From Hormiphora californensis (Eukaryota > Animalia > Ctenophora), in contig CM035351.1 of NCBI GenBank assembly GCA_020137815.1, positions 8,928,001 to 8,992,000 on the forward strand: a stretch of DNA of 64,000 nt. The letters are read 5' to 3'. Under the pieces are notes generated by a model. The model did no database searches, was not told the DNA's origin, and worked only from the letters and a program-made list of their open reading frames with translations. A program made the position numbers and the translations under genes. Every line of letters begins with the position of its first letter. Positions within the stretch are counted from its first letter, which is position 1. Positions 1 to 13,682 of the stretch are shown in pieces.

Positions 1-609
1 ATTACTACAGTGCTGGTTACTATGGTGAGGAATCTGGTTACTATGGTGGTGCTGAGGATTACTACGGTGGTGGGTACCAAGGTGGAGAGGCTGGTTACTA
101 TGGTGACAGATACGGTGGTTGGGGTGAGGGTTGGGACCAATCCGGTCCACAAGGAAGCTGGTCAAGCCCGGTTAGTGCCTTGTTTTTAGCGATCCTCTCT
201 TCTTGCTCCCGGCTCATTATAATATGTTAAATGTTTCTATTGTGCAGGAATTATTTCACATTGACTGTTATTTCCACAGGGTATGACTGATGAAGAACGG
301 CGAGCTTTGGAGATTGTAGAAAAATTCAATGCAAGAAACAGCGCCCCTCCTCCCCCTATGCGGGGAGGGTACGGTGGTCCTCCGATGCGGGGCGGTCCTC
401 CGCCTGCCAGACGAGGGTTTGGTCCTCCAACTAGGGGTTATCCCCCCATGAGAGGGGGACCTCCACCAATGAGAGGGGGCCCTCCTCCTTCGTATAGAGC
501 TAGAGGGGGTTATCCCCCCATGCGGGGAGGTCCACCCAGGGGAGGCAGACCTCCAATGAGACCATCAGGCCGAGGTCGAGGGAGTTTCCTAAATCACTCT
601 TCAAAGTGA
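1..609 (+). CDS. 3' end of a gene encoding a Gly/Tyr-rich then Pro/Arg/Gly (RGG, PPMRGG) low-complexity C-terminus; probable RNA-binding protein
   Basis: Exon 1-170 (GYYGEESGYYGG...), GT-AG intron 171-279, exon 280-609 with repeated PPMRGGPPP. The 5' part lies outside the window. Confidence 0.7.
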
Positions 610-1087
610 AATATCCCCTTCTCAGAGGATTAGCCAGATAGAAATCCAATGGACGTTCTGATGCTCTATCGAGCCTTCTGACTATTCCATACTTTTTGTT
701 TTTCAAAGCAGAATTGACGATGGGACAATATGATATTTCAACTCACCGCAGTTGCTTTGACAACAGTATTAAAAGTGTGTTTTATTTACTCAAAATTTGC
801 ATCACTACAACATCGATGTACATCATCAGATTCAGATGATCGGATCGCGATGGAATTTTCCATAGCATCATTATATTTTTCATTTAAATTCTATACGCTG
901 CTTGTTATTTCTAACAACATAACATGAGAATCAACACGATTCTGTGGCTACTTGGGAAGATCGTCCTAACGACGATATCTGTCCCTGATCTACCTAAACT
1001 TCTGTATCCCCACGATCTCCAGTAAACTAATATTTAAAAAACACTCCAATACTACATCAATGACCTCCAATATATCATCTGTATAGC

Positions 1088-3568
1088 ATGAGCCTGCTGT
1101 ACCAGGAGGAGATAATAGGGAAGTTAGGTAGAGGTGGATATGGAACTGATTCGAGGGGTTCAACACCCTTCACATATGACAGGTATAGACGCCTTTCTGG
1201 TACCCCACGTTATAACTTGTCTCTCTTCCCGTCCATCCCGCAAAACAAGTTATAACTTGAAGCCAAGTTATAAATTGAAGCCACAATATCAATATTCCAA
1301 TCAGTGACTGTAGTGGGAGTGGAGCTGATCCAGCCCTCTGGATCTGGTAGTGGTATACCGAGTGTTCCCCTATCGCGGAGAGTCCAACTCTATGGAGACG
1401 ATCCTCCAATCTTATCAAGGAGAGTCCTCCAGCGATCTGCTGAGGTGCTCCAGGAGTGGGAGTGGCCCGAGGGGTCTGGGAACTGGTACCTTCTTCAGGA
1501 GACAATCAAAGACTTTCTACAGGTGATTAGAAGCAATTTCAGTGCTCTATATTAGCCAGCATCCTATTATTATTAGAATAAGAAGCAATTGATTTGTTAG
1601 TCACGGCCGTTTTAATCACTATTGGAGCCTATACTTTGTCTGTAATCACTCAATACCAAACTAGTATCCCCTTACAGGCCCGTAATTTCCACCGGAGATA
1701 CCCGGACATCCAGCGTCATCCCATCAATGGTGACTGAGAGGGAGATGTTGGTTGAGCGAGGTATCCTAGATGAGACATCAGCCGGGTTCAGCTACCTTGG
1801 AATCCTAACTGAGGACTATTCTAGGAGATCCTGAAAGAGGACTTCCCCTCAGAACACAGGCAGTTAGTTGCAGTTCTCAGGACGACGAGACCTCTATCAC
1901 CGGATAGAGACCGTTCATGGATGACAGTGATAAGGCTGATTGGGAGAATGATGGAGGGCAGGTCCAGGAAGCACTGAGAGAGCAGTTGGTACGCGATGCA
2001 TCAGACTTCAACAAGAGACTGAAATCAGGCCAGGGGTAGGAGTTACACATGCCCGAGTAGTGAGCGGGTGTTCGTACCACGGAACACCCAGTACATTGCA
2101 CCACGGAGCTACACGAGAAGGGGGAGGTACCCAGTAGCGGTGTTACCAGGACAGTACACAGATGGGGTGATCAGGTACACCTCAGAGGAACTGTTCACAA
2201 TGCCCCTGGGGACACCACTCATGCACAATGAGAGGGAGGAGAAGGAGGAGGAGGGAGATGTATCTGTTGTTAACAAGACACTGACGCCCATCAAGAAACC
2301 AGAGAATAGCATGTCCTGTGAGCACTGTGATAGTGATATAGCCAAATCGGAGAAGACTGTTAGATGCAACAAGTGTAAGGGGTACTACCACACCAAGTGT
2401 ATTGGTATTAGTAAGGCCATGCTCAAGACGGTATCTAGATATCCCTGGGATTGTCCTGCCTGTAAAATGTGCGATATCTGTGATAAACCGGACGGTAAGA
2501 AATTAACTCAAGTGCTAAATTTCTAATTTCATTTAAACAACCAGCTCTTCGAGCCTCATTCCGTAGATACTACTCACTAGGAACAACAAATTACAACTAC
2601 TGATTGAGGTTTGCTGAGCGTACCCCTGCCATGGTTTAGTAACAAACAAACTACCGATATTTCATCTAAACAACACCCTCCCCTCCCAGGCGAGGAGAGT
2701 TTGATGTTCTGTGATATCTGTGACCGGGGTTACCATACCTACTGTGTTAACATGTCCGAGTTACCACGAGGCCACTGGGAGTGTAGGCTGTGTGTCACGT
2801 GTTCATGCTGTGGGACTAATGTGCCCGGGGAGGGACCTTGGAAGTTCCAGCACAATGAACACATGAAGTTCCTGCAGACCATGTGTTACAACTGCTCAGT
2901 GTAAGTGTTTTCCTGCGCCTCTACTCTCAGAGTAGTACTCTGTGCTCAAATAAGTTCAAGTTCACAAATAGTGAGAACAGTATTTTATCCTCATTTTCCT
3001 ACTAATGCAGGTGGTGGGATAAGGGGTGGTTCTGTCCAGCCTGTCTGACTGTGTTTGACTATGATGCTACTAATAACCCCATGGTGTGCTGTGACAACTG
3101 TGACAGATGGGTCCACACGTGTAAGTTGTAGCTCTGTTATCCTGAATCATAAGTAGCTGCTAAATATAGACTCCTACTAATCTGCTAGATAATTCCTTTT
3201 TTGTAATCTTTAGTTCTGAATTATATTCCTTGTAGTCTTTGTAATCCCACGGTGGGTTATTATCTCTGCATACGAATAAATTAATTTGTGCTTCTCAAGT
3301 TTCCCTCTCTCCTAATTCTACCAGCTCCTACTTTTAGCATTTTATTTCCCCATGCTATTCCTTCTAACGTGCTATATGATAGTTCCCTCTCCTGACCTGT
3401 AAACCTCTTGCAGCTTGTGACGACACTATTACAGAGGAACGTTATAAAGCCCTAACTACGGAGTCCAACCTACATTACAAGTGTATCCTGTGTAGGGGAG
3501 AGAAGGAGGAGGTATATGACAAGCACCACAAGAAACACAGAGATGGGAATAAGGAGAACCGGTGGTGA
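1088..3568 (+). CDS. PHF10: PHD finger protein 10 / BAF45A / SAYP-like (SAY domain plus PHD fingers), multi-exon
   Basis: [23 protein letters not shown] and [10 protein letters not shown]...[14 protein letters not shown] match SAY-domain motifs, followed by a double PHD ([12 protein letters not shown]; [13 protein letters not shown]). Stop TGA 3566-3568. Start uncertain; frameshifts at about 1740-2060 are probably sequence errors. Confidence 0.85.
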
Positions 3569-3913
3569 AGAAGACGAAAAGTTACAATATCTGTTCAGTC
3601 TCACTCGAGAAGGGCAATAGAGAAGTTATATTTGTTCAGACTGTCTTGTGAGGCGACTATCCCCTGGCAATAGATATGTTATATAAAGTTAATATTTCAA
3701 AACCTGGGTAACTGAAAAAGGCGGAGGAGGACAGTTTTTAATAATTCTTTGTATAGCGCTTCCCATGTTAGCACGTATTTTATTATTTATTTTCCAATGT
3801 ATTGACCTTATTGTAATTCTAACATTCCCCTATCCCCCACTACCCCCATGGGCCATGCCCCTGTTCCTCTATAACACCATGATTCAAGACTCTTTCCATA
3901 ATATTTCATAGAG

Positions 3914-4969
3914 ATGGCTACTTTAGTTTCAGTCGATTCCAGGGCACAGTTTGGGGATATAGACAAAGTCACGGAGACCCTCAAACGATTCAAAGATGGC
4001 GGTCCTAAGAACTTTCAGGTTTTAAGATTTTATATTTTATCTTTTTGATCGAGTTTTGATGCCCATTAGAACTTTGCTATTTCAATTACACGTTACATCC
4101 CTCTTCCAGATTATTGCTGATTTCGACATGACAATGACTACATATGAGATAACAGGAACTTGTTTTGGGGTCATCAGAAACTACCCCGGCTTCCCCCGAG
4201 AGGTATTACACCTACCCAGCTGCAGTATATAGTTTAGAATAGTAATCATATTTTGCGGAATAAAAGTACAAAAAAGTAGAATGATCGATGACTCTCTCTA
4301 ACACCTCTACCCTCCCAGTTTTTCGAGAAGACGAATGCCATCAAGAACGAGCACTATCCCATCCACATTGACCTCTCTCTGCCTGAGGAGGTGCGCCGTG
4401 AGAGCGATCACCGCTGGTTCACCCGCATGCTGGACACCTACGAGGAACAGGGTATATCCAAATCTCTGATCCCTGAAATGTTGGAGAAAAGCACGTGTAG
4501 ATTGCGTCCTGGTGTCGCTGAGTTCCTGGCCCTAGCACGTGATCACAGTGTTCCTGTTTTGGTGTTCTCTGGCGGGATCAGGGATGTTATTGTCAAGTTA
4601 TTAGAACGGGAGGGGTGCATGTATGATAACATAACCATCATTGCTAACAACTTCAAGTGGGAAAATGACGTGTTCGCGGGGGCTGAGGAGCCGTACATTA
4701 CAGCGTGTACTAAACTGGAGGTGGCGAAGCAGAACAAATACTTTGGGGAGGTGGTGCGGGATAATGTGTTGCTGTTGGGGGATATGATATCTGATCTGGC
4801 GATGGGTGCTTGTGCTCAGTATAAGGAGATGATCAGTGTTGGTTTCTGCAGGGATCCTGAGAAGGATGGGGACAGGTACAAGGAGAGTTTTAGTGTGGTG
4901 ATGGCGGGTGGGAACCCTGGATTTGAGGTACCTGCCAAGATCCTCAAGGATATTGTGGAGTCAACATGA
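3914..4969 (+). CDS. NT5C3: Cytosolic/pyrimidine 5'-nucleotidase III (HAD family), 3 exons
   Basis: MATLVS...DGGPKNFQ | IIADFDMTMT (HAD motif I) | ...LRPGV...VFSGG...LLLGDMISDLAM, with GT-AG introns near 4019 and 4203. Confidence 0.9.
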
Positions 4970-5219
4970 GGGATGTATTATTTAGTAGGGGATACTAGGT
5001 AGAGAGTGACGTGACCCTCACCTCAAAGACATTATATATGTTGGCGCTGATATTGCTGATTTTCCAAGCATTTTTAGGGAAATATTATTTGATAACACGT
5101 CACGGAGCATGTTTATATTGTACACCAATGTTTGTATTTTTGCATCTTTTAACCATTTAAACTTCCTGTTTTTCTCGATCTCACCAACAACAAGTTCACA
5201 TCCCATACCAGTACATAGC

Positions 5220-8200
5220 ATGACACGACCGAAGGGCAAGAGGTGGAAGCGAGGTGAGGCATGTGTCAGTAACCCCGCCTCAAAGAAACACAGACTGGAA
5301 GCTGCCAATGTGGTCCGATCCAAGAGACAGAAGACCCAGGTGGTGGGTGGTCCTACAGGGTTGGGCGTGGCCCTGAAGAATCTGGATGAGGGGGAGAATG
5401 TAATGAATGACGATGAAGTTACACACATATCAGGTGGGAATGATACAAGGTCTTACCAGGTTACTGGTATATCAAATGGTGGGAACAATGTAACTACTAA
5501 ATTCACCTGATTTAATTCTTTACTTTCCATTTTCCAATCTAAACTAGTTGACCAATACTGTAATCTACCCATTCCTCAGCCCTGTCTAACTGGACGATAG
5601 CAACAGAGGCAGCAGGATCTCTGCCCTCGTTTGAGAAGGTCAGGAAGCTGTGGAACTCTCCCCTTGATAGCCACAAGGAAGTGTGTGCCGTCCTGACAGC
5701 CATCACAGAGGTCATCAAGAGTCAGGTGAGTGTGGGATGGAACTAGTTAATTGTAAAGAACAATTACTGCTTCTAGTGTTTTGAGAAATTGTTCATGTTT
5801 GTTACTTGGTTGCTATATCTATCAGTTTGTCTGTACAACTAACAGCCCTATATTTTAGAATGAAGAGGAAACCCCAATAGCCTACTTCGCTGCTCTTCTC
5901 ACGGCTCTAGAGACAACTGAACAAGTTGAACAACAGACCGCCATTTCATACCTTCTCAGTTTGATAATTCCGAGTGTACCACAAAACATACTGCGGGCAA
6001 AGTTTGCTCCTTCATCAAAACTATTATTCGGCGTCCTAGAGGCTCAGTCTAACAAAGGTACATATTGTCATGTTCTAGACTTTTTAACTAAGTGTGAGTT
6101 GACCGTACTCACTGGACCATCAGCCAATCGGGTCCACGGCAATGGGACCTTGGCCACACACAACTACCAAAGTGGGAAGTAGAGTGTGGCCAAGGCTGGC
6201 ACGAAGAGCTCAATGCTAAGCAAGGAGCTCCCCCCATTGGAAAAAAAGTGACAAAAATAAAAAAGGGTGCTTGCCAGCACGGTGGTTTGAAAAAAAATAA
6301 GGGAAAAAGGGTTTTTAAAAAGGAAGAACGAAAAAAGGGTGGTAGCCAGAAGATTGGCTTGAAAAATTAAAAAATGGTGCGGAGTGCTTGCCAGCACAGT
6401 GGTTTGAAAAAAGAGTAAAAAAGAAGAAAAAAAGAGTGCTTGCCAGTGACTGAGGGGCAAAGTCTGCCCCTACCCTGGATAAAAAGGGGGAGGGTCATCC
6501 CCCTTTTTATCACAAGGGTAGGTGGCAAACTCTGCCCCTCTACTGCTGCCCCCTCACCAGATAGAGGGGGCCGCTTCGAAGTCTTGAAAGCTGTTCCATC
6601 TGAAATTGAGGGGCAAAGTCTGCCCCTACCCTGGATAAAAAGGGGAAGGGTCATCCCCTTTAACCTTTTTATCACAAGGGTAGATGGCAAACTCTGCCCC
6701 TCTGCTACAGCCCCCTCACCAGATAGAGGGGGCCGCTGAGAAATCTTGAAAGCTGTTCCATCTGAAATTGAGGGGCAAAGTCTGCCCCTACCCTGGATAA
6801 AAAGGGGGAGGGTCATCCTCTTTTTATCACAAGGGTAGATGGCAAACTCTGCCCCTCTACTGCAGCCCCCTCGCCAGATAGAGGGGGCCGCTTTGAAGTC
6901 TTGAAAGCTGTTCCATCTGAAATTGAGGGGCAAAGTCTGCCCCTACCCTGGACAAAAAGGGGGAGGGTCATCCCCCTTTTTATCACATGGGTAGGTGGCA
7001 AACTCTACCCCTCTACTGCAGCCCCCTCACCAGATAGAGGAGGCCGCTTCGAAGTCTTGAAAGCTGTTCCATCTGAAATTGAGGGGCAAAGTCTGCCCCT
7101 ACCCTGGATAAAAAGGGGGAGGGTCATCCCCTTTTTATCACAAGGGTAGATGGCAAACTCTGCCCCTCTACTGCAGCCCCCTCACCAGATAGAGGGGGCC
7201 GCTTCGAAGTCTTGAAAGCTGTTCCATCTGAAATTGAGGGACAAAATCTGCCCCTACCCTGGACAAAAAGGGGGAGGGTCATCCCCTTTTTATCACAAGG
7301 GTAGGTGGCGAACTCTGCCCCTCTACTGTAGCCCCCTCACCAGATAGAGGAGGCCGCTTCGAAGTCTTGAAAGCTGTTCCATCTGAAATTGAGGGACAAA
7401 ATCTGCCCCTACCCTGGACAAAAAGGGGGAGGGTCATCCCCTTTTTATCACAAGGGTAGGTGGCAAACTCTGCCCCTCTACTGCAGCCCCCTCACCAGAT
7501 AGAGGGGGCCGCTTCGAAGTCTTGAAAGCTGTTCCATCTGAAATTGAGGGGCAAAGTCTGCCCCTACCCTGGATAAAAAGGGGGAGGGTCATCCCCCTTT
7601 TATCACAAGGGTAGGTGGCAAACTCTGCCCCTCTACTGCAGCCCCCTCACCAGATAGAGGGGGCCGCTGAGAAGTCTTGAAAACTGTTCCATCTGAAATT
7701 GAGGGGCAAAGTCTGCCCCTACCCTGGATAAAAAGGGGGAGGGTCATCCCCCTTTTTATCACAAGGGTAGGTGGCAAACTCTGCCCCTCTACTGCTGCCC
7801 CCTCACCAGATAGAGGGGGCCGCTTCGAAGTCTTGAAAGCTGTTCCATCTGAAATTGAGGGGCAAAGTCTGCCCCTACCCTGGATAAAAAGGGGAAGGGT
7901 CATCCCCCTTTTATCACAAGGGTAGGTGGCAAACTCTGCCCCTCTGCTACAGCCCCCTCACCAGATAGAGGGGGCCGCTGAGAAGTCTTGAAAACTGCGA
8001 TGTTGAAGAGAGAAACAGCAGATGGATGCCACTTGTCCCTACCTACTCACCAGAGTAGACACATTTTGGTGAACCCTCATGTGTGTACCAGGTTTGTAGG
8101 TAGGGATTTGTGGCACCCGTGCGGCCGACCTTCCTTTTTCCTTTGCTCACCAGAGAACAATGTTGCTCAGCTGCTAGACAATACCAATCCAGTTTTGACA

Positions 8201-11200
8201 TGGTAACATTTTCTACTGGAGTTGTATTGCTAGATCAGCTGGACAACATTGGTCCCTGGTTTGCAAAGGAATTGGAAGATCGGGGCAATTATGCTACTAC
8301 GGCACTGTGACACATTCCCAAGACGAGTGGGTTGTGTATACCTCGAGAGACTTAGTAAGAGGTATTCAGCTACTCCAGATCATCTTGGGATGTATCACAG
8401 TCGGCCGCAGTAGCATGACTGAAGGGTGGGTGTAGCAATGACCAGTCTCTTGAGCAGGACAGAGAGCTGACAAACAAACACAAAGGAAACAAAAGTAGCA
8501 CGTGCAGGTTTACAAAGGGTGAGCACTACTGAAGGTGACTTGATAGTGCTCCTTTATCAAACACGCAATGGCAAAGTACAAAATTTCCCAAATTTGGCTA
8601 GAAACACTACCAAACCAACCCATCTAACCCCCCTCCTTTTCAGAGTTATCAGTGGCACTAGTGAGATCCCTCCTCGCCTCCATCTCCCACTTGTTGAGCC
8701 AACAAGACCCCGCTGTATGGTCGGAGGGTTCAGTACACCGAATGCTGGAATATCTTGTACAGTTTGTCTTTCATTCCAAACCGAAAGTGCGACACGCCGC
8801 TCAGAGGTCCCTGGCCAGCCTGTCCAAGAATGTTGCGACTGTGTGTAGTTTAGTTGTACAGAGCTGCACAGAAAAACTGGACGGTTACACAGGTGAGATA
8901 ACGCTTCGTATTTTATCCCGCAGTTATGCTATGGGCATTGACCTTTTTGAAAATGGGTTAGTGTTGGACAGGGGATATTATTAGAGCTAACACTCCAAAC
9001 ATCCCCCAGGTTCAAAAGAGGCCCAAGTGACACTTCACACGATCAGTTTCATCCGTTACATTCTCCCCCAAGCCTCGGAGGGAGAATTAAAACAAGGGAT
9101 GGAGAGCATTCTCCGTGTTATCGCTCTCAGACACACTAAAGTCACATCTGCCGCTCTCCAGGCCCTTGCTAGTGTGTGTAAACAACCTTCTACTGCCATG
9201 ACTGGACAGATGCAGGGACAAATCCTAATGGTATGTTATCTATAATGAGTTGTACAAGTAACTGTAATGTGACAGAAACACACAGTTCACAATAAATCCT
9301 GTTATTTTCAGAACCTCTTCTCCAGTAAGCCATCTAGTTTCGACCACCCCATTACAACTGTCTGGTTGGAGGCCCTGTCAGCCTGTTACACCGCACTGGC
9401 GACTCTGGAACCAAAACTGGGTCTTATCATGGCACACAACTTGTTCACGTTCTGCTCTGAAACCGTTCTATCCAAGAATCATGATGTAGTTCAGATATCT
9501 CTAGTGGTCATGGAGCAGTTTTTTAGTGAGAATATCTCACCCGCTCTAGAGTGCTATCAGGTATTGCAAATTATAAAACGTTTCAACTCCTGTATGAGAC
9601 GATATAAGCGGTTTTAAAACCGTAAAACACACCTGAACCTAATGGTGTTTATATTTCAGGCTGAGATTGAGGGAAAGAAGTCTACTCCTCTGGGTAAGGT
9701 TGTATCTACCCTGAAGACCATGTTAAAGCTCACCTATCAGAGTGTTTGGGATGTCGTATTACAGGTAATGTCACATCACATAGTGGACCCTTGAGTCTTG
9801 TCCCACACAAAGACACAGTTTGTGAGGTTGATGTCTGGAACGCGCGACCCCATTCTTGTGTGGAGTAGAATCATCCACATTGCTGCGCCGCGCAGCGTGG
9901 GAAAAAACACTCTTCACTCTGGCGTGGGAGATCTTTGTCGTGTTCTCCGACAGACATAACAAATAACATGACCGCCTGTTTCAGACAATTGGATCCCTGT
10001 TCCAGCAACTAGAACGACCAGCATCCTACATGATAGAGCCCCTGATCGCACCCCTCTTCATGATTAGGAACGCCCCTGACTTTGAGAACACCAACCTCTT
10101 CACAACTACAGCGGGACACCTGGTGAAACTAGTAGGAGGACCCCAACTCCTCTCTGTCTACCCTCTAACTTTGGAACAAGACGACGAAGTTGTAATCCCT
10201 AATGGATGGCTCCTACCCATACTACGGGATCACATCAGTCATTCGGAGTTGAAGTTCTTTGTTACCAACCTGGTCCCCGTTACATCCACCCTCCGAGCTA
10301 GAGAGGAGACGCTGAAACAGGAGAAGGGCATGGAGCTAGATTGGAGGGTGTGCTTCAACTTGGAATACCAAATATGGGCGCTACTTCCGAGCTTCTGTCG
10401 GCACCCAACTGACGTGGCTGAGTCATTTAGCATGATGGCGAAGACTCTTGGAGGCTTGATTTCATCTCGACCCGAGATTAGGGAACTACTCTGTAGTGCT
10501 CTTGTTACCCTGATAGGCACTGTGGAGGAGGGAGAGAGGGAAGTGTTGGCCAAGTTTTCTAAGAACTTCCTGCCTATTTTGTTCAACCTGTTCCTGACGG
10601 AGCCTAAAGAACACGATCCCCAAGGAAGCCTGTTAAAGATGCCATTGAATCGTACCTCTCTATATGTCCCAAAGACACCCTACACATCTTTTATGAAAAG
10701 GTACATAGAGAATAGAGATTGGGAACTGAGAAGTATACAAAAGATTGTGTAACCATGTGTTCGGTAGATCAATAAAAAGAGGACTTTCTTTGTCTAAACC
10801 CCATTGTCCCCCTCTGCAGATCCTAGCTAAGACTCAGGGAAGAGGGGATGTCAGATGAAGCCAAGAGGATGGTACTGGAACTCCTAGTAGCCATGATAGC
10901 CCACCTAGGAGAGGGAGATCTGACCACTACCTATGATATGGTGGTGCCATGGCTGGGAGACCCAGGAAACCCTATCAACCAGAAACGAGCTTATCAGGTA
11001 TAAGACTCATCACCTGGAGGCTACAAATCTCAAGCTCACTCAATAGTACACTCCTCCCCTTTACAAAACCTACGTCCCTGAAGAAATTATCAACTACCCT
11101 ATTTCACCATATTTAGATTCTCCTGGCGTTGTTGGTAGGCAAGACAGATGCCCATTCTGCCTTTGTATCCTCCCGACTAGAGGAGCTCCATACCCACCTA

Positions 11201-13682
11201 GTGGAGTCTCTGGTGCTAGCCCAGCCAGCTGCTAAGAAGCACAGGCTGAAGTGCTTGTTGGCTCTCGTTAGACAGCTCAAAGCAGAGAACTTCATTACCC
11301 AAACCTGTGAGTTGATGAACCTGTTCTTATAATTTCGACACAGGTAACAAAAACATCATTTCCGATCGGCTTACAAACTTAAAACTACGTCGTAGAAATT
11401 ATCAAACATTTCCACCTATTATATTCTCGTGTTCTTGTTGGTAGAAGGACCATGCATGATGATCCCCAGACTAGAGGAGGCTCCATCCACTGTCAGGAGT
11501 CCTTGGTTACACATCAGTAAGTAAGAAAGGGCAGCTGAAGGTTATCTCTCGAGTTGATCAGTCTCAAACAGGATATTTCACCTTACCCAGCTAGTACTGC
11601 TAGTTGTGCACTTCTTATGGTTCAACTATCATTGTGAGCAAGGACTACAGCACCTAATGCGAGCTATCGTTACGCGTTCATGGATATTACTAACTTTGGC
11701 TACCGGTATGTTTACAGATAGTCTTTTGAGAGCGCAATGAGAACGTTCACTTGCATAAGGTCTCACAGCCTTAGTCATCTACTATGTCTAATAGTATAAG
11801 GGAGTCAATGAGTGATACCTTAAGGATGCTCTGGTGAGCACTGATTCTACGATTGGCGGTAGGTTATTAAGCTAGACGAAAGTTCTATTTCAAATATAAA
11901 TGTTCCTCAAATACAAACTAAAAAGAGATTAGAGTTTACCTGACAGAGGAAGTATAACTTTCTCTCTGTCAATAATGAATTATGAGATAATTAATGTTTC
12001 TCACCCTATCCCTCCATTACAGAGCGACGTTGTTGTGCCTCAGTAAAATTGTATACGAGTACAACTCATATCTAGATGCGGATATTCTGGATCAAGTAGT
12101 TGAAATTGTGGCTGCTATGATGTCCTCTAAACACAAGGAAATACTGAAAGGTGTCCTCTCTTTCATCAAGGCAAGTTTACCTAACGCTACATGATATGAT
12201 TTGTAAATCAGCCATATTCTTGAAACAGTTTCATTTGTAACAGCCATGTTATCAGTACTTTCCTAACTAATTGAGAACCCTAATTACAGACATCTACTGG
12301 AGTGATAGCGTACCAGATCATGCAACCTCACATCAAGACGATATTGGATGCCCTAGACGCCTGGGATAAACCCACCAAACATCACTACAGGTTTGGAATG
12401 GGGGAATCAAAAAGGGGATGTATTTCTACTAGATAATAGCCAGATTCAGGCTGGCAGAGTGAGAGCACATATAATCGGCAAATCTCTAACCATCACCTCT
12501 TCCACAGAGCCAAGGTGCGAACTCTATTTGAGCGGTTACTACGTCGTTTCGGCTACGAGATGATCTACAAGCTGTGTGGTGAGGAGCACAAGAAGGTTGT
12601 GAACCACATTGTTAGGGAACAGCGCCGTGCCAAGGCCAAGATGGGAGTCAGGGATAGAGGGGATGAGAGTGAGGAGGATCAGGAGTTAGGTGATAGTGAG
12701 GACGAGGGGGGTATGGACGACTTCAAACAACTCAGGGGACGAGGATCCAGGAGTGAGGTAATGTGCTCTTTCGAGTTTCAATTGTATAGATATCTGATCA
12801 AAGGGAGGAATCTAGAAAATATCTGGCGAGGAACGGGCTTGAATTAACCAATAACAATTCACCCTCTCCCTCCCCAGCTGACCTCCAAGTTGGTAGAGGG
12901 TGACAACCCATTGGACTTCCTGGACTCAGCCATGATACCCAAGATTTACAAGGGCTCTAAAAAGGAACCCTGCTCTCTCCCTGAGAAGGATGGGAAGCTC
13001 ATCATCGAGGACCTGGCAGAGGTAACAACATGAACACTCTAGGGAGATGGGGAGGGGGTTCTGGGTAATTAACACGGGGAACATAGAGGGGAACGGGAGA
13101 GGGGGTTCGGGGGGTTCCTGATGAAAGCGGGAGTGTTTTAGAGATACGCTTTCGTTTTACATGTTTGGTTAACTTTATCATCACTATCCTCTCTTAGAAA
13201 ATCAAGGAAGCCCAGATGCTGGGAGAAGACACAATGGGAGAGGAGAAGGAGCCTGACTCAGAAGATGAAATCATCAAGGCTGCTGTTAATCCATTCGGTC
13301 GACCCAAGAAGGGAATCTACAGGTAGCTACAGATCTTGCTCAGTCTATCTATCAAGTTCTAGCAATGACAGATGTTAGTCAACTAAACAAGATGCTCAGT
13401 ATCTGTAAATTACTTTCTCTCAGGGACGTCAAGAAGAACCCGACTGGTGGTAGATCTGAGTCAAGTGGAGGAGGAGGAGCGGGCAAGTTCGCCTCCAAGA
13501 AGGCCTCTGGAGATATGAAGAAGAAGGGTAAACACGAGCCATTTGCATATGTGTCAATCAACCAAAAGAAGGGAAAGAAGAAGACTAGCGGTCAGTTTGA
13601 TAATCTTATCAAGGCAGGTAAGGCAGGAGTACAGAAGGGCTCCAAAGCCATGAGAAAAGCTCCTCGGAGTACCGGCAAGTGA
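5220..13682 (+). CDS. RRP12: RRP12-like HEAT-repeat ribosome biogenesis factor, many exons
   Basis: N-terminal KGKRWKRGEACVSNP..KHR; HSKPKVRHAAQ; WLLPILRDHI; QIWALLPSFC; KFSKNFLPILFNL; FERLLRRFGYE; C-terminal SKKASGDMKKKGKHEPFAYV. Region 11330-11940 is garbled. Confidence 0.93.
6452..7997. repeat. Tandem array of 10 units of about 155 bp, each internally palindromic, in an RRP12 intron
   Basis: Unit starts GAGGG(G/A)CAAA at about 6452, 6608, 6770, 6926, 7081, 7236, 7391, 7546, 7701 and 7857. Confidence 0.95.

Noticed and set aside
1740-2060. PHF10 (and the Myb-like gene) as pseudogenes, or programmed frameshifting
   Set aside because: The indels cluster in visibly low-quality stretches while flanking exons are intact, so sequencing error is more parsimonious.
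6367-7925. ORFs across the 155-bp array; hammerhead retrozyme
   Set aside because: The ORFs are repeat translations broken by indels. The nearest core-like text (CTGGTGAG on -) lacks the conserved A6 and a correctly placed GAAA.
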